Origin: a virus
Lineage: Duplodnaviria; Caudoviricetes
DNA: 64,000 nucleotides
Virus record (IMG/VR): IMGVR_UViG_3300042558_004043
Direction: 5' to 3' (one strand)
Each line of letters opens with the position of its first letter. Position 1 is the first letter of the stretch. Under the pieces are notes generated by a model. That model searched no databases, had not been told where the DNA came from, and saw nothing but the letters and a program-made list of their open reading frames with translations. Positions 25,043-34,600 of this stretch are shown here, piece by piece. Made by a program: the position numbers and the translations under genes.

Positions 25043-26512
25043 ATGGCAAAAGAAAAATCAATTGTTGAAGAGGCAATCATCCAAATGAGAAATTTGGAAG
25101 AAGCGGTTGCTGAAAATGCAAAAGGAATACTTGCTTCTACTATGAAGGAAGAAATCAAAGAGCTAGTAAAGGAATCTCTATCTGAACAAGAAGAAGATGA
25201 GATTGAAATGACTGATGTAGACATGGAAGGACCTGAAATGGAAACAGACGACGAAATGGACTCTGATGAAATGGACATGGGTATGGAAATGGATACTGAT
25301 GACGAAATGGAAGATATGGAAGAACCTATCGACCTTACCGACAAGTCAGATGAAGAAGTACTTCGTGTATTTCAACTTATGGGACCTGATGATAACATTA
25401 TCGTAACAAAAGACGATGCTGGAAACATCAATATCAAAGATGAAGAAAATGAATACATGATTGTAGGTGAATCTGACGAAGAAATGGAAGAAGAATTCTA
25501 TGAGTCAGAAGAAATGGAAGAATCTATGGAAATGGAGAAATCATATTCTACTGACGAATCAATTGAAGACATCGTTTCTAAAATGTTTGATGATGAAGAA
25601 TCAGACGAAGAAGAAATGGATTCTGAAGAAGACATGGAATTTAGCGATGAATATTCAGAAGGTGACGAAATTATGTACGAAATCGAAATGTCTGACGACT
25701 CCGATGAAGAAGAGGAGGAAGAGGAAACTGAAGGTATGGTGTACGAAATTGAAACGCCTGATGAAGACGAAGAAGAGGAAGAATACAATGAATCTTTAGA
25801 AGAGTCTAAAAAGACGTTCAAAGCAAAAGGTAAGAACATGGGTAAACCAAAATTCTCATATAATAAAAATCCAAATCAAGGTGAAGGGTTTAAAGTTGTT
25901 AAAAAGAGTGCTAACAAAACTATGGGTACAGGTAACGCTAAAAAAGTTAATGTATACAAAGATAAGGAAACTCTTGATGGCGAATTCAAAATTAAACCAA
26001 AAGGCGCTAAGAAAACGGAAACAAAAGAAGCCGCACGTACATATGGTAATGGTTCTAAATCAGGTCGTGGTCTAAGAAAAGGGATTACTCCTAATAGAAA
26101 CCTAACTTTTGAAGGTGTGGATTCAAACGAGTTACAAATTCTTAGAGAGAAAAACGAAGAGTATAGAAAGGCACTTAACGTGTTCAGAAATAAATTAAAC
26201 GAGGTAGCGGTATTCAATTCAAACTTGGCATACGCAACACGTTTGTTTACTGAACATTCAACATCTAAACAAGAAAAAATTAACATCTTGAAAAGATTTG
26301 ATGGTGTTGAAACTCTTAAAGAATCGAAGAATTTGTATAAATCAATCAAGGATGAGCTTTCAACGGTACAAAGTCAACCAATGAACGAGTCAATCGAACG
26401 TAAAATTGAATCAGTTCCGGCTACAGGTTCTGCGGTTAACTTAATTGAATCAAAAACTTATGAAAATCCTCAATTCCTTAGAATGAAAGATTTAATGGCA
26501 AAATTAAAATAA
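25043..26512 (+). CDS. Prohead scaffolding/core protein (T4 gp22-like)
   Basis: Lies between the protease and capsid genes. Extremely acidic middle; C-terminal coiled coil LNEVAVFNSNLAYATRLF. Confidence 0.75.
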   Translation: MAKEKSIVEEAIIQMRNLEEAVAENAKGILASTMKEEIKELVKESLSEQEEDEIEMTDVDMEGPEMETDDEMDSDEMDMGMEMDTDDEMEDMEEPIDLTDKSDEEVLRVFQLMGPDDNIIVTKDDAGNINIKDEENEYMIVGESDEEMEEEFYESEEMEESMEMEKSYSTDESIEDIVSKMFDDEESDEEEMDSEEDMEFSDEYSEGDEIMYEIEMSDDSDEEEEEEETEGMVYEIETPDEDEEEEEYNESLEESKKTFKAKGKNMGKPKFSYNKNPNQGEGFKVVKKSANKTMGTGNAKKVNVYKDKETLDGEFKIKPKGAKKTETKEAARTYGNGSKSGRGLRKGITPNRNLTFEGVDSNELQILREKNEEYRKALNVFRNKLNEVAVFNSNLAYATRLFTEHSTSKQEKINILKRFDGVETLKESKNLYKSIKDELSTVQSQPMNESIERKIESVPATGSAVNLIESKTYENPQFLRMKDLMAKLK

Positions 26513-26540
26513 ACTTAAAATTAATAAAAAACCAAAAAAA

Positions 26541-28406
26541 ATGGGAGCATTATTAGAATCAGGTCTTGTTGGTAACATCGGTCTTAAGCACCTTAAAGTT
26601 ATCAAAGAAGATACTATCAACAAATGGGACAAATTAGGGTTCCTTGAAGGTCTTAAAGGCCACCTAAAAGAAAATGTAGCGCAGTTATATGAAAACCAAG
26701 CGTCACATTTGATTAACGAAGCTACTTCTGACGGTTCTTCAGGTTCATTTGAAACTGTTGTATTCCCAATCGTTAGACGTGTATTCTCTAAGTTACTTGC
26801 TAATGAAATCGTATCAGTACAAGCTATGAACTTACCAATCGGTAAGTTGTTCTACTTCGTACCAAAGATTCAGGCTTACAATGCGGGTAATCCATACTTT
26901 GACCCACAATTACCATCAAATAACTACGATGGTTCTTCAGGTGGTCACTTGAGTCCAGTTGGGTCACCAGGTGCTTATCCTGGTTCACCGACATCAGGGT
27001 ATACAACTGGTAACCAATTCCAAAAGAACCTTTATGATTTGTTTTATGAAGGTAATGAAGGTCAATTAGACCCTCCAGGTTTGTTTGACTATTCAAAAGG
27101 ACAGTGGTCTGCAGTTACTGTACCCGGTGACGTTCAAGTTTGGTCAAATGGTTCATTGGTTAACTATGGTGGCGAATTTGATGGTTTGAACGTTAGAAAA
27201 GTTATCGTTAAAATTAGCGGTTTTGCTAATGTTGGTAATGGTAAATTAATTGGACCTGATGGTAATGAATACGATTCAGAAACTTTCTTGTCTGATTTAA
27301 GAGTATTTGCAACAAATGATTTCGTTGACGCAGAAAGTCCTTGTTCAGTAGTATTTGACGATGCTGGAGACCCAAATTCATTATTGTTTAGAGTTGTGAC
27401 TCAACAATATGGTCAAGGTATCGTTAGCGGATTAAACACTCGCACTCCAGTTCCATGGCCAGCACAAGGTAACGGAGGTTCATTCAACGATATTTGTAGC
27501 CCAACAGGTGACATTTATTTGGAAGTTGACCTTTCTTGTCCTGTTTGTGCAACTTGTTCAGGTACCACTTTAGATGGTTATACAGGTACGACTATTGATA
27601 CTTTAGGTTTAACTAACTTAAGTGCAGTATTCAGACGTTATAAGAACTTAGAATTCGAAGACCAAATCGGTGAAGTTTCTTTCGACCTTGAGTCTGTAAC
27701 TGTTTCTGTAACTGAAAGAAAGTTAAGAGCTCAGTGGTCTCCAGAACTTGCTCAAGACGTTGCGGCATTCCACAACATTGACGCTGAAGCTGAATTGACG
27801 GCTTTATTGTCAGAGCAAGTAGCTGCGGAAATTGACCGTGAAATTCTTCGTGACCTTCGTAAGGGTGCCGCTTGGAACTTACGTTGGGACTACAACGGTT
27901 GGAGAAGAATTTCTCAAACTACTTCTTACACTCAGAAAGATTGGAACCAAACATTGATTACTGCAATCAACCAATTGTCAGCTCAAATCCACAAGTCAAC
28001 TCTTCGTGGTGGTGCTAACTGGATTGTTGTATCATCTGAGGTTTCTGCAATCTTTGATGACTTGGAATATTTCCACGTTTCAAATGCGTCTCCTGAGCAA
28101 GACCAATACAACATGGGTATTGAAAGAGTGGGTACTTTAGCTGGTCGTTACCAGGTTTATCGTGACCCATACTTCCCACCGAACCAAATATTGATTGGTC
28201 ACAAAGGTACATCGTTACTTGATACTGGTTACATTTACGCACCGTATGTACCACTTCAATTAACTCCAACTATGTACAATCCATTCAACTTCACACCAAT
28301 CAAAGGTATCATGACACGTTACGCGAAGAAGATGGTCAACAACCGCTTCTATGGCAGAATTACAATTGATGGTGTTCGTACATTTGATTTAAGAGAATTG
28401 AGATAA
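26541..28406 (+). CDS. Major capsid protein (T4 gp23-like) with a large insertion domain
   Basis: VFPIVRRVF, VQAMNLPIG, RKLRAQWSPELAQD, EIDREIL, GYIYAPYVPL, MTRYA. Confidence 0.95.
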   Translation: MGALLESGLVGNIGLKHLKVIKEDTINKWDKLGFLEGLKGHLKENVAQLYENQASHLINEATSDGSSGSFETVVFPIVRRVFSKLLANEIVSVQAMNLPIGKLFYFVPKIQAYNAGNPYFDPQLPSNNYDGSSGGHLSPVGSPGAYPGSPTSGYTTGNQFQKNLYDLFYEGNEGQLDPPGLFDYSKGQWSAVTVPGDVQVWSNGSLVNYGGEFDGLNVRKVIVKISGFANVGNGKLIGPDGNEYDSETFLSDLRVFATNDFVDAESPCSVVFDDAGDPNSLLFRVVTQQYGQGIVSGLNTRTPVPWPAQGNGGSFNDICSPTGDIYLEVDLSCPVCATCSGTTLDGYTGTTIDTLGLTNLSAVFRRYKNLEFEDQIGEVSFDLESVTVSVTERKLRAQWSPELAQDVAAFHNIDAEAELTALLSEQVAAEIDREILRDLRKGAAWNLRWDYNGWRRISQTTSYTQKDWNQTLITAINQLSAQIHKSTLRGGANWIVVSSEVSAIFDDLEYFHVSNASPEQDQYNMGIERVGTLAGRYQVYRDPYFPPNQILIGHKGTSLLDTGYIYAPYVPLQLTPTMYNPFNFTPIKGIMTRYAKKMVNNRFYGRITIDGVRTFDLRELR

Positions 28407-28425
28407 TCAATATCTTAGTAATATT

Positions 28426-28455
28426 AAAAAGGTCAGAGAAATCTGACCTTTTTTA
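28426..28455. terminator. Bidirectional terminator after the major capsid gene
   Basis: AAAAAGGTCAGA-GAAA-TCTGACCTTTTT. Confidence 0.9.
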
Positions 28456-28462
28456 TTTTATA

Positions 28463-28590
28463 AAGGTGAGACTTGTATCTTAATCGTCTTCCATCTCACC
28501 TTATTGATTAGAATTGTTTCACTCTAATCTTATTTTAATATGTAGACGAAACCTCATTATGATTCGACATAAATTAGTTTGATAGGACAG
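28463..28590 (-). ncRNA. Candidate multi-hairpin small RNA convergent on the capsid gene
   Basis: Minus-strand TAAGTTTG at 28595-28602. Hairpins at 28463-28502, about 28506-28529 and about 28543-28570. The 28463-28502 hairpin shares 20 identical nt with 6227-6246. Confidence 0.4.
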
Positions 28591-28636
28591 GCATCAAACT
28601 TAAACAACGATATTTATATGTAAATGTTTTTTACAT

Positions 28637-29212
28637 ATGAGGTTTTTATTTTTATTGTTTTTTCTACCATTACTAACAAATGCACAACTTAGGGATTCGG
28701 TTTATGTAACAACTTCTATTTTTAATGTAGTATATTCTGAAAAGTTACAACAACCAAAATGGGTTGAATATAGGGTGTTATGTACTGACGGTACAATATC
28801 CCGTAAAGGTCTTGATTTTTATCCTGTAAAGGGAATTGTCACCTCAACTGAGGAAGACTATGAAAATAATATATACGATAAAGGTCATTTGGCTCCGGCA
28901 GCTGACTTTAATTGTGACAAAGAAAATTTAAAACAAAGTTTCTCATATCTTAATTGTACACTACAACACGAGAAACTAAATCGAGGCACATGGAGACTTC
29001 TTGAGGCTTACGAGAGAGAACTCGCAAAAACTAACACAGTTTCAGTTGAAATCAGGATGAATTATAGTAAAAATTCAAAAATCTTACCTACGGGAGCAAC
29101 TATACCCGATTCTTTTACAAAAATTATAACTTACGGAAATAAAAAAGAAAAATATTTCTTCAAAAATGAAGAGCCGAAATCGTCTGACTACAACAATTAC
29201 AAGGTCAAATGA
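28637..29212 (+). CDS. Exported DNA/RNA non-specific endonuclease (NucA/EndA-like)
   Basis: Signal peptide ...LTNA-Q; YDKGHLAPAADF, NCTLQHEKLNRGTW..LE motifs. Confidence 0.88.
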   Translation: MRFLFLLFFLPLLTNAQLRDSVYVTTSIFNVVYSEKLQQPKWVEYRVLCTDGTISRKGLDFYPVKGIVTSTEEDYENNIYDKGHLAPAADFNCDKENLKQSFSYLNCTLQHEKLNRGTWRLLEAYERELAKTNTVSVEIRMNYSKNSKILPTGATIPDSFTKIITYGNKKEKYFFKNEEPKSSDYNNYKVK

Positions 29213-29238
29213 TAATAAACAATTAAACCAATAAAAAA

Positions 29239-31563
29239 ATGAAAAAAATCGTTTTATTACTTACACTTTGTCTATCCTTTATTCTCGGATACGGTCAATA
29301 TGACTTATCCAAGAATATTGAAAGACAAATTATTGTGGTTCCAAAAAAAGGAATGGAACTACAAGCAAAAAATCACTTTAACCAAGGTGATACAAAAGTT
29401 GTTGTCGAGTTCGACCAACTTGGGTGGTATGTTGTCCTGATTCCGAATGGTGCGAGCCAAGACGAATTTATTAATCGAAACAAAAGTTTAAGTTTCGTAC
29501 AAAATCTTTACAAGGATGAGACAAGAGAAATGAAGTTGGACTATCTTCCAAACGACGCTGAATTTGCATCTTGTTGGCATCTACGTCAGTCTACTGATAA
29601 AGATATTGATGCCGATGAAGCATGGGACTTAGTTCCGGCAAACAATCCATTTGTTAGTGTTGCAATGTTCGACGGAGGATTGGATTTAACTATTCCTGAC
29701 CTCGTTGGGAATACAAACAGTCCATTCAATGCGGTTAATAGCACAACAAATATTCCTTATGTAAACGCTGAGGACAAACACGGAACAACTTGTTCGGGAA
29801 CTATTGCGGCCGTTACAAATAATGGTATTGGTGTTAGTAGTGTTGGTAACAACAAAGTAAAGGTAATGCCGGTTAACATTATGTCCGAAGTTTTTGCTGG
29901 AGGTAGTTTCCGAACATCGGACGTAATTCAGATTAATGGTGTAAATGCTGCGATGGCTAATCCAACTTGTGTTGCAATTGCAATGTCTTATGGTGGGTCA
30001 TCATACTCTGCGGCTCTTGACGCTTCGTTTCAGGCGGCAAGAACAACCGCAAGAGGTGGAAAAGGTATGGTGGTAGTAGCATCATCAGGAAATGGAGCTT
30101 CAGGTACTGCAAATCAATATCCGGCTAATTACCCAGCTGTATGGGGAATTGGGGCAACATCACAATCAGATGTTAGAGCAAGTTTCTCTAACTTCGGTCA
30201 AATTTGTGACATATCGGCACCTGGTGTTGGTATTAGAACTACTGATAGATTGGGAGCTGCGGGTTATAACGCAGGTGACTACACTTCTATAAACGGAACC
30301 TCATTCTCTTGTCCTATTACGGCAGCCGCTGCGGCTTTTGTATTCTACAAGAATTGGGAACTTACTGACGACCAAGTACTACAGATACTAGCTCAATCGG
30401 CTGAAAAAGTAGGTGGATATGTTTACTCTAACAATCCTACTTGGCCGTTATCAACAAGAAGTAATGAACTTGGTTATGGAAGAATTAATTTAAAAGATGC
30501 GATTAATCTAACACCAAACCCAGGTGGTGTAATTCCTCCTCCACCTCCTCCGACGCTCATTCATAACTTTGTAATTAATACTTTAACTGTAAGTCCTGCG
30601 GCGGTTACAGTAGGTTCTAATATTACAATTACTGCAAATGTCGCGACACAAAATCCTACATATCCATCGGTGAATGTAATGACTCAACACAGATTATCAA
30701 CCAACACAACTTGGGGTGACTCTGATGATATTGTTATAGGAACAACAAGTGGCAATCTTGGTGGTGGAGTTGCAACTGACGTTGAGACAATAACTTATAA
30801 TGTTGGTAACATTACAGGACTCAGATATATTATAAGTAGAGTTAATTATATGGGTACTATATCTGAAACTAATACAACTGATAATACAAGACAAACAAGT
30901 TTCAATGTTACTCAACCTGTTGTATCAGGTGGTGACTTATCAGTTGCACTGACTATACCGTCAACACCAACTGCAACAATTTCACCAACACAAACTCAAA
31001 TTACTTTCCAATGGAAGGTTACAAATACAGGTACAGTTCCAATTACATCATTTACTTGGGACAGAATGTGGGTGAATATTCCTGAAGCACCTAGAACTTG
31101 GCCTATGCCTGCAAATGGAGGTTTTCCAGGTTCTTGGCAAGGTCCATTACTTCCAGGTCAATTCATTTATTTACCAGGTGGAGGATTACCTACAAACCGA
31201 TTAGGCGTGTCTTATTTATCGGCATCTGTATGTTTTAGTACAAACAGTTGTGCTCTACCACTCGGTTCAACAAACACTTTCAGAGTAAGAATTCTTACTG
31301 TAAATGGTGGTGCAGGTGATGAAAACCTTGCAAATAACCAAGTTGAATGTACGGTAACAAGACTTGCAACTGCGGTTAACAATGACGAGGTTATTGATGC
31401 ACCTGAAGTTAAATTTGTTGAAGTTAGACAGTTTAGTAATTTATATGAAAAACCAATTAGGTACGGTAGTATTGATGAAGCAATACTTGAAAAGGGACTT
31501 AATGTAATTCACATTCATTACTCTGATGGAACGGTAGAAATTAAAAAGATTTCTGTAAACTAA
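29239..31563 (+). CDS. Exported S8 subtilase with CARDB-like domains and a T9SS-CTD-like tail
   Basis: Signal peptide ...LGYG-Q; triad motifs FDGG, HGTTCSG, GTSFSCP; C-terminus KGLNVIHIHYSDGTVEIKKISVN. Confidence 0.88.
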   Translation: MKKIVLLLTLCLSFILGYGQYDLSKNIERQIIVVPKKGMELQAKNHFNQGDTKVVVEFDQLGWYVVLIPNGASQDEFINRNKSLSFVQNLYKDETREMKLDYLPNDAEFASCWHLRQSTDKDIDADEAWDLVPANNPFVSVAMFDGGLDLTIPDLVGNTNSPFNAVNSTTNIPYVNAEDKHGTTCSGTIAAVTNNGIGVSSVGNNKVKVMPVNIMSEVFAGGSFRTSDVIQINGVNAAMANPTCVAIAMSYGGSSYSAALDASFQAARTTARGGKGMVVVASSGNGASGTANQYPANYPAVWGIGATSQSDVRASFSNFGQICDISAPGVGIRTTDRLGAAGYNAGDYTSINGTSFSCPITAAAAAFVFYKNWELTDDQVLQILAQSAEKVGGYVYSNNPTWPLSTRSNELGYGRINLKDAINLTPNPGGVIPPPPPPTLIHNFVINTLTVSPAAVTVGSNITITANVATQNPTYPSVNVMTQHRLSTNTTWGDSDDIVIGTTSGNLGGGVATDVETITYNVGNITGLRYIISRVNYMGTISETNTTDNTRQTSFNVTQPVVSGGDLSVALTIPSTPTATISPTQTQITFQWKVTNTGTVPITSFTWDRMWVNIPEAPRTWPMPANGGFPGSWQGPLLPGQFIYLPGGGLPTNRLGVSYLSASVCFSTNSCALPLGSTNTFRVRILTVNGGAGDENLANNQVECTVTRLATAVNNDEVIDAPEVKFVEVRQFSNLYEKPIRYGSIDEAILEKGLNVIHIHYSDGTVEIKKISVN

Positions 31564-31584
31564 AATAAAAAATAATTAAAAATT

Positions 31585-31610
31585 AAAAGGAGGCATTAGC
31601 CTCCTTTTTT
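31585..31610. terminator. Intrinsic terminator
   Basis: AAAAGGAGGC-ATTA-GCCTCCTTTT followed by a T run. Confidence 0.85.
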
Positions 31611-31644
31611 GTTTTATAGATATTTATAAAAAAACTTATTAAAT

Positions 31645-34600
31645 ATGGACCCTTTTATTTATTATTATGATTTCGAGGACTGTTTTCAACTTGACCTCTC
31701 AGGAAACCCATTAACCTATGTGGTAGGTTCAAATGAAGAATTGAGCTTAGACGCACCTTATTTAATCTACCCTATTGAAGAACCTAATAGTCGTAGTTGT
31801 GCGGTTTATATCACAGCATCAACATCAAGTGCTGCAACTCATTACACTGACGTTGCTTCAAAGTATGTTGATTGTGACTTATGTCTTTCTGCCAATACTC
31901 AAGTTGTTACGGTATCAGGTATTACAAAACCTGATTTAAGTAGTTTAAATTTGATTGCCGATAGTAGATTTAAAAAGGGAGATGTTTTAGGAGTAAACAT
32001 AGTTTATGACGATTCTGGAACTACTAAATTTATAAATTCTCCAGCAATTATAACTGAAACTTTTCCATATAAGTTTGGAAGTAAGGCTTGTGATTATTCA
32101 GTTTCTAATATTGAATACGTGGGTCCGTTTTACACATTTATAATTCATTTTAACCAACCTTTAAATACCAATATATACACCATTAATGTTGCGGCACCTA
32201 TGGGGTATTATCAAATTGTCACTAATACATATACCCTTAATTCCGAATCTGAGTCATTGAATATAGCACCAGGATATACTAGTATACCATTTAATGTTCC
32301 TTTACAGAATCCTGATACATGGGTACAAACCATAACTTTTAATGTAACATTTACATGTACTGATGGAACTACAACATTTAACGAAGTTACTTTTAATTTT
32401 CCGTGTAATTGTTATACTTTAAATAATAGCGGAGCCACGGCACAATCTGTGACTTATGTCAGTTGTGTAACTACTGAATTTTTTACAGAAACTTATCCTG
32501 TAAAAACTCTAAAATTTGTAGGTACCAAAAAAATATGTGCTAAAAGATTAATAAACGTTGGGTCAAATATTACATATGTAGATAATACCGAAACTGAAGG
32601 TGTGGTATGTTCTAATTTAACCGACCAACCATTTATAAATGAAGATATCAAATGTAGAAATTCTAGTTTATTTATTAGAAAAAGCATCAACTCAAGTATA
32701 CCAGTAAAAGTCAATTATTTACCATACGATTCGTTCCAACAAGTGGTTGAATCTAAAGGTGTCTATTATTTAGTTGAGGATTGTGTTAACGGTTCAACAA
32801 GTGTGATATTAAGTCACCAATATTTTGAGAAATATGGACAAATAATAAGTTTACCTACTGGAGAATCAAAATGTAAGAAAGTTTTAAACGCCGTAACCTC
32901 AGGTGATTATTCTGAAATATCAGGAGTTACTACAGAAATATTTAGTACAAAAGTTTTTGAAAACTGTTATGAGTGTTCAAATTATATAAATAATAGCGGT
33001 ATTGACGAAACATTTAAAGATAACTCATACACAACATCTCAAATTAATACGATTACTCAATTAAATGATGGGTCAATATTAGTTGGGGGAGACGGTTTAG
33101 TACAAGTGAATAATGGTTCTTTGTATAGTGCGGGAAACATTTTAAAAATGAGTCCTGAAGGTGAATTAGTTCTTAATTTTAATTCAAATAACGGAGGTAG
33201 TTTATCGTTATATAACGGTAATTACATTTATACAGACTTTAGCGAAGGGTTTAATTTTGATTCAGATTTCACTGTAGAATTTTGGCTAAATTATAGTAGT
33301 ACAAACTTAGAAAATCCTTCGATTATTTCTTTTTATGATTCATCAAATACCCAAGGGTGGGAATTATCATTTACAGGACTATGTCAACTTAATTTTACGT
33401 ATAACGAAAATGTAATTAATTTTGAAAGTCAGATTAATATATATCAATGGGTTCATATTGCAATAGTTAGAAATTCAGGAGATATTTTCCTATATGTTAA
33501 CGGAAAACAAGATTCAATTGTAACCACAGGTATTACAGATTCTATTACCGCAACAACAGGCACGTCATTCTACATTGGAACTAATTATGATAAGACAACT
33601 AATTTAGATGCCTATATTAGTAACCTTAGAATTTGTAAAATTGCAGTTTATACTGGTGAATTCACACCACAAACAACTCCCTTAACAATAACCCAATCAT
33701 CATATAGTAATGTGTCTTATTTACCAACAAGCGCAACCACGTTATTAATGAATTTTGAAAATTTATCATCAATACTATTTGATAACAGTATTTATTCTAA
33801 CGTTTTTTATTCATACAAACCAACAATTTCTTATTTAGCATTTTCACCGGTGAATAAAACCGACTTGAATGAAATTTATGACGGACAACCAACTAATAGT
33901 TTTGTTCAACTAGATTTACCTGAAGGGTTCACTTTGAATGCTTATGGTACAAAAATATCTACAGTTTATTTAGGAACAAATTCTTATTTAACATTTGAAC
34001 AAGGAAGTAATTCAGGAGATTTAATTTTACCTGAGGATATTCCTTCATCAATAAGTTCATCAGGTTTGTTTATCTCAACCGTTGGTGATGGACTTACTAC
34101 GGATAACGATACGTATATTAGAAAAATTTCAACCGGATATACCGAAAATGGGGAATCTTTAATTGTCCGTGTTGAGGGTGGTTATAAAAATTTCTTGGGT
34201 GGAGGTCAAGGTTTTTGTTGTAGATGTATTACCGTGACAAATCAATCACAAAATGTGAATTATTTAAATTACACAAAATGTGATAATTTATCAGAAGAAG
34301 TGACTATAACAGTATTACCGTCGAATGAATATACTTTTTGTGCGGTTTGGAGTGCTAATGAGTCTCCTGATTTACCTTCTAATCCATATTTTGCAGAACC
34401 ATTATCCTTCAGAGCTTACAGAAATGTTGCTCAAAATTTACAAATTGCACAACCTAATATATGGACAGATTTTACGTTTAATACGGAGAGTTTTGATTAC
34501 TATAATGGATATAATCCTACAACTGGAGTATATACCTCGCCAGGAAATGGTGATTATACGTTTAGAGCAAGATTTGTATTCGTGTCTCAACAGAACAATA

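Noticed and set aside
26860-27640. Intein or intron in the major capsid gene
   Set aside because: The frame is continuous, with no intein block A or terminal HN-[CST] and no LAGLIDADG motif.
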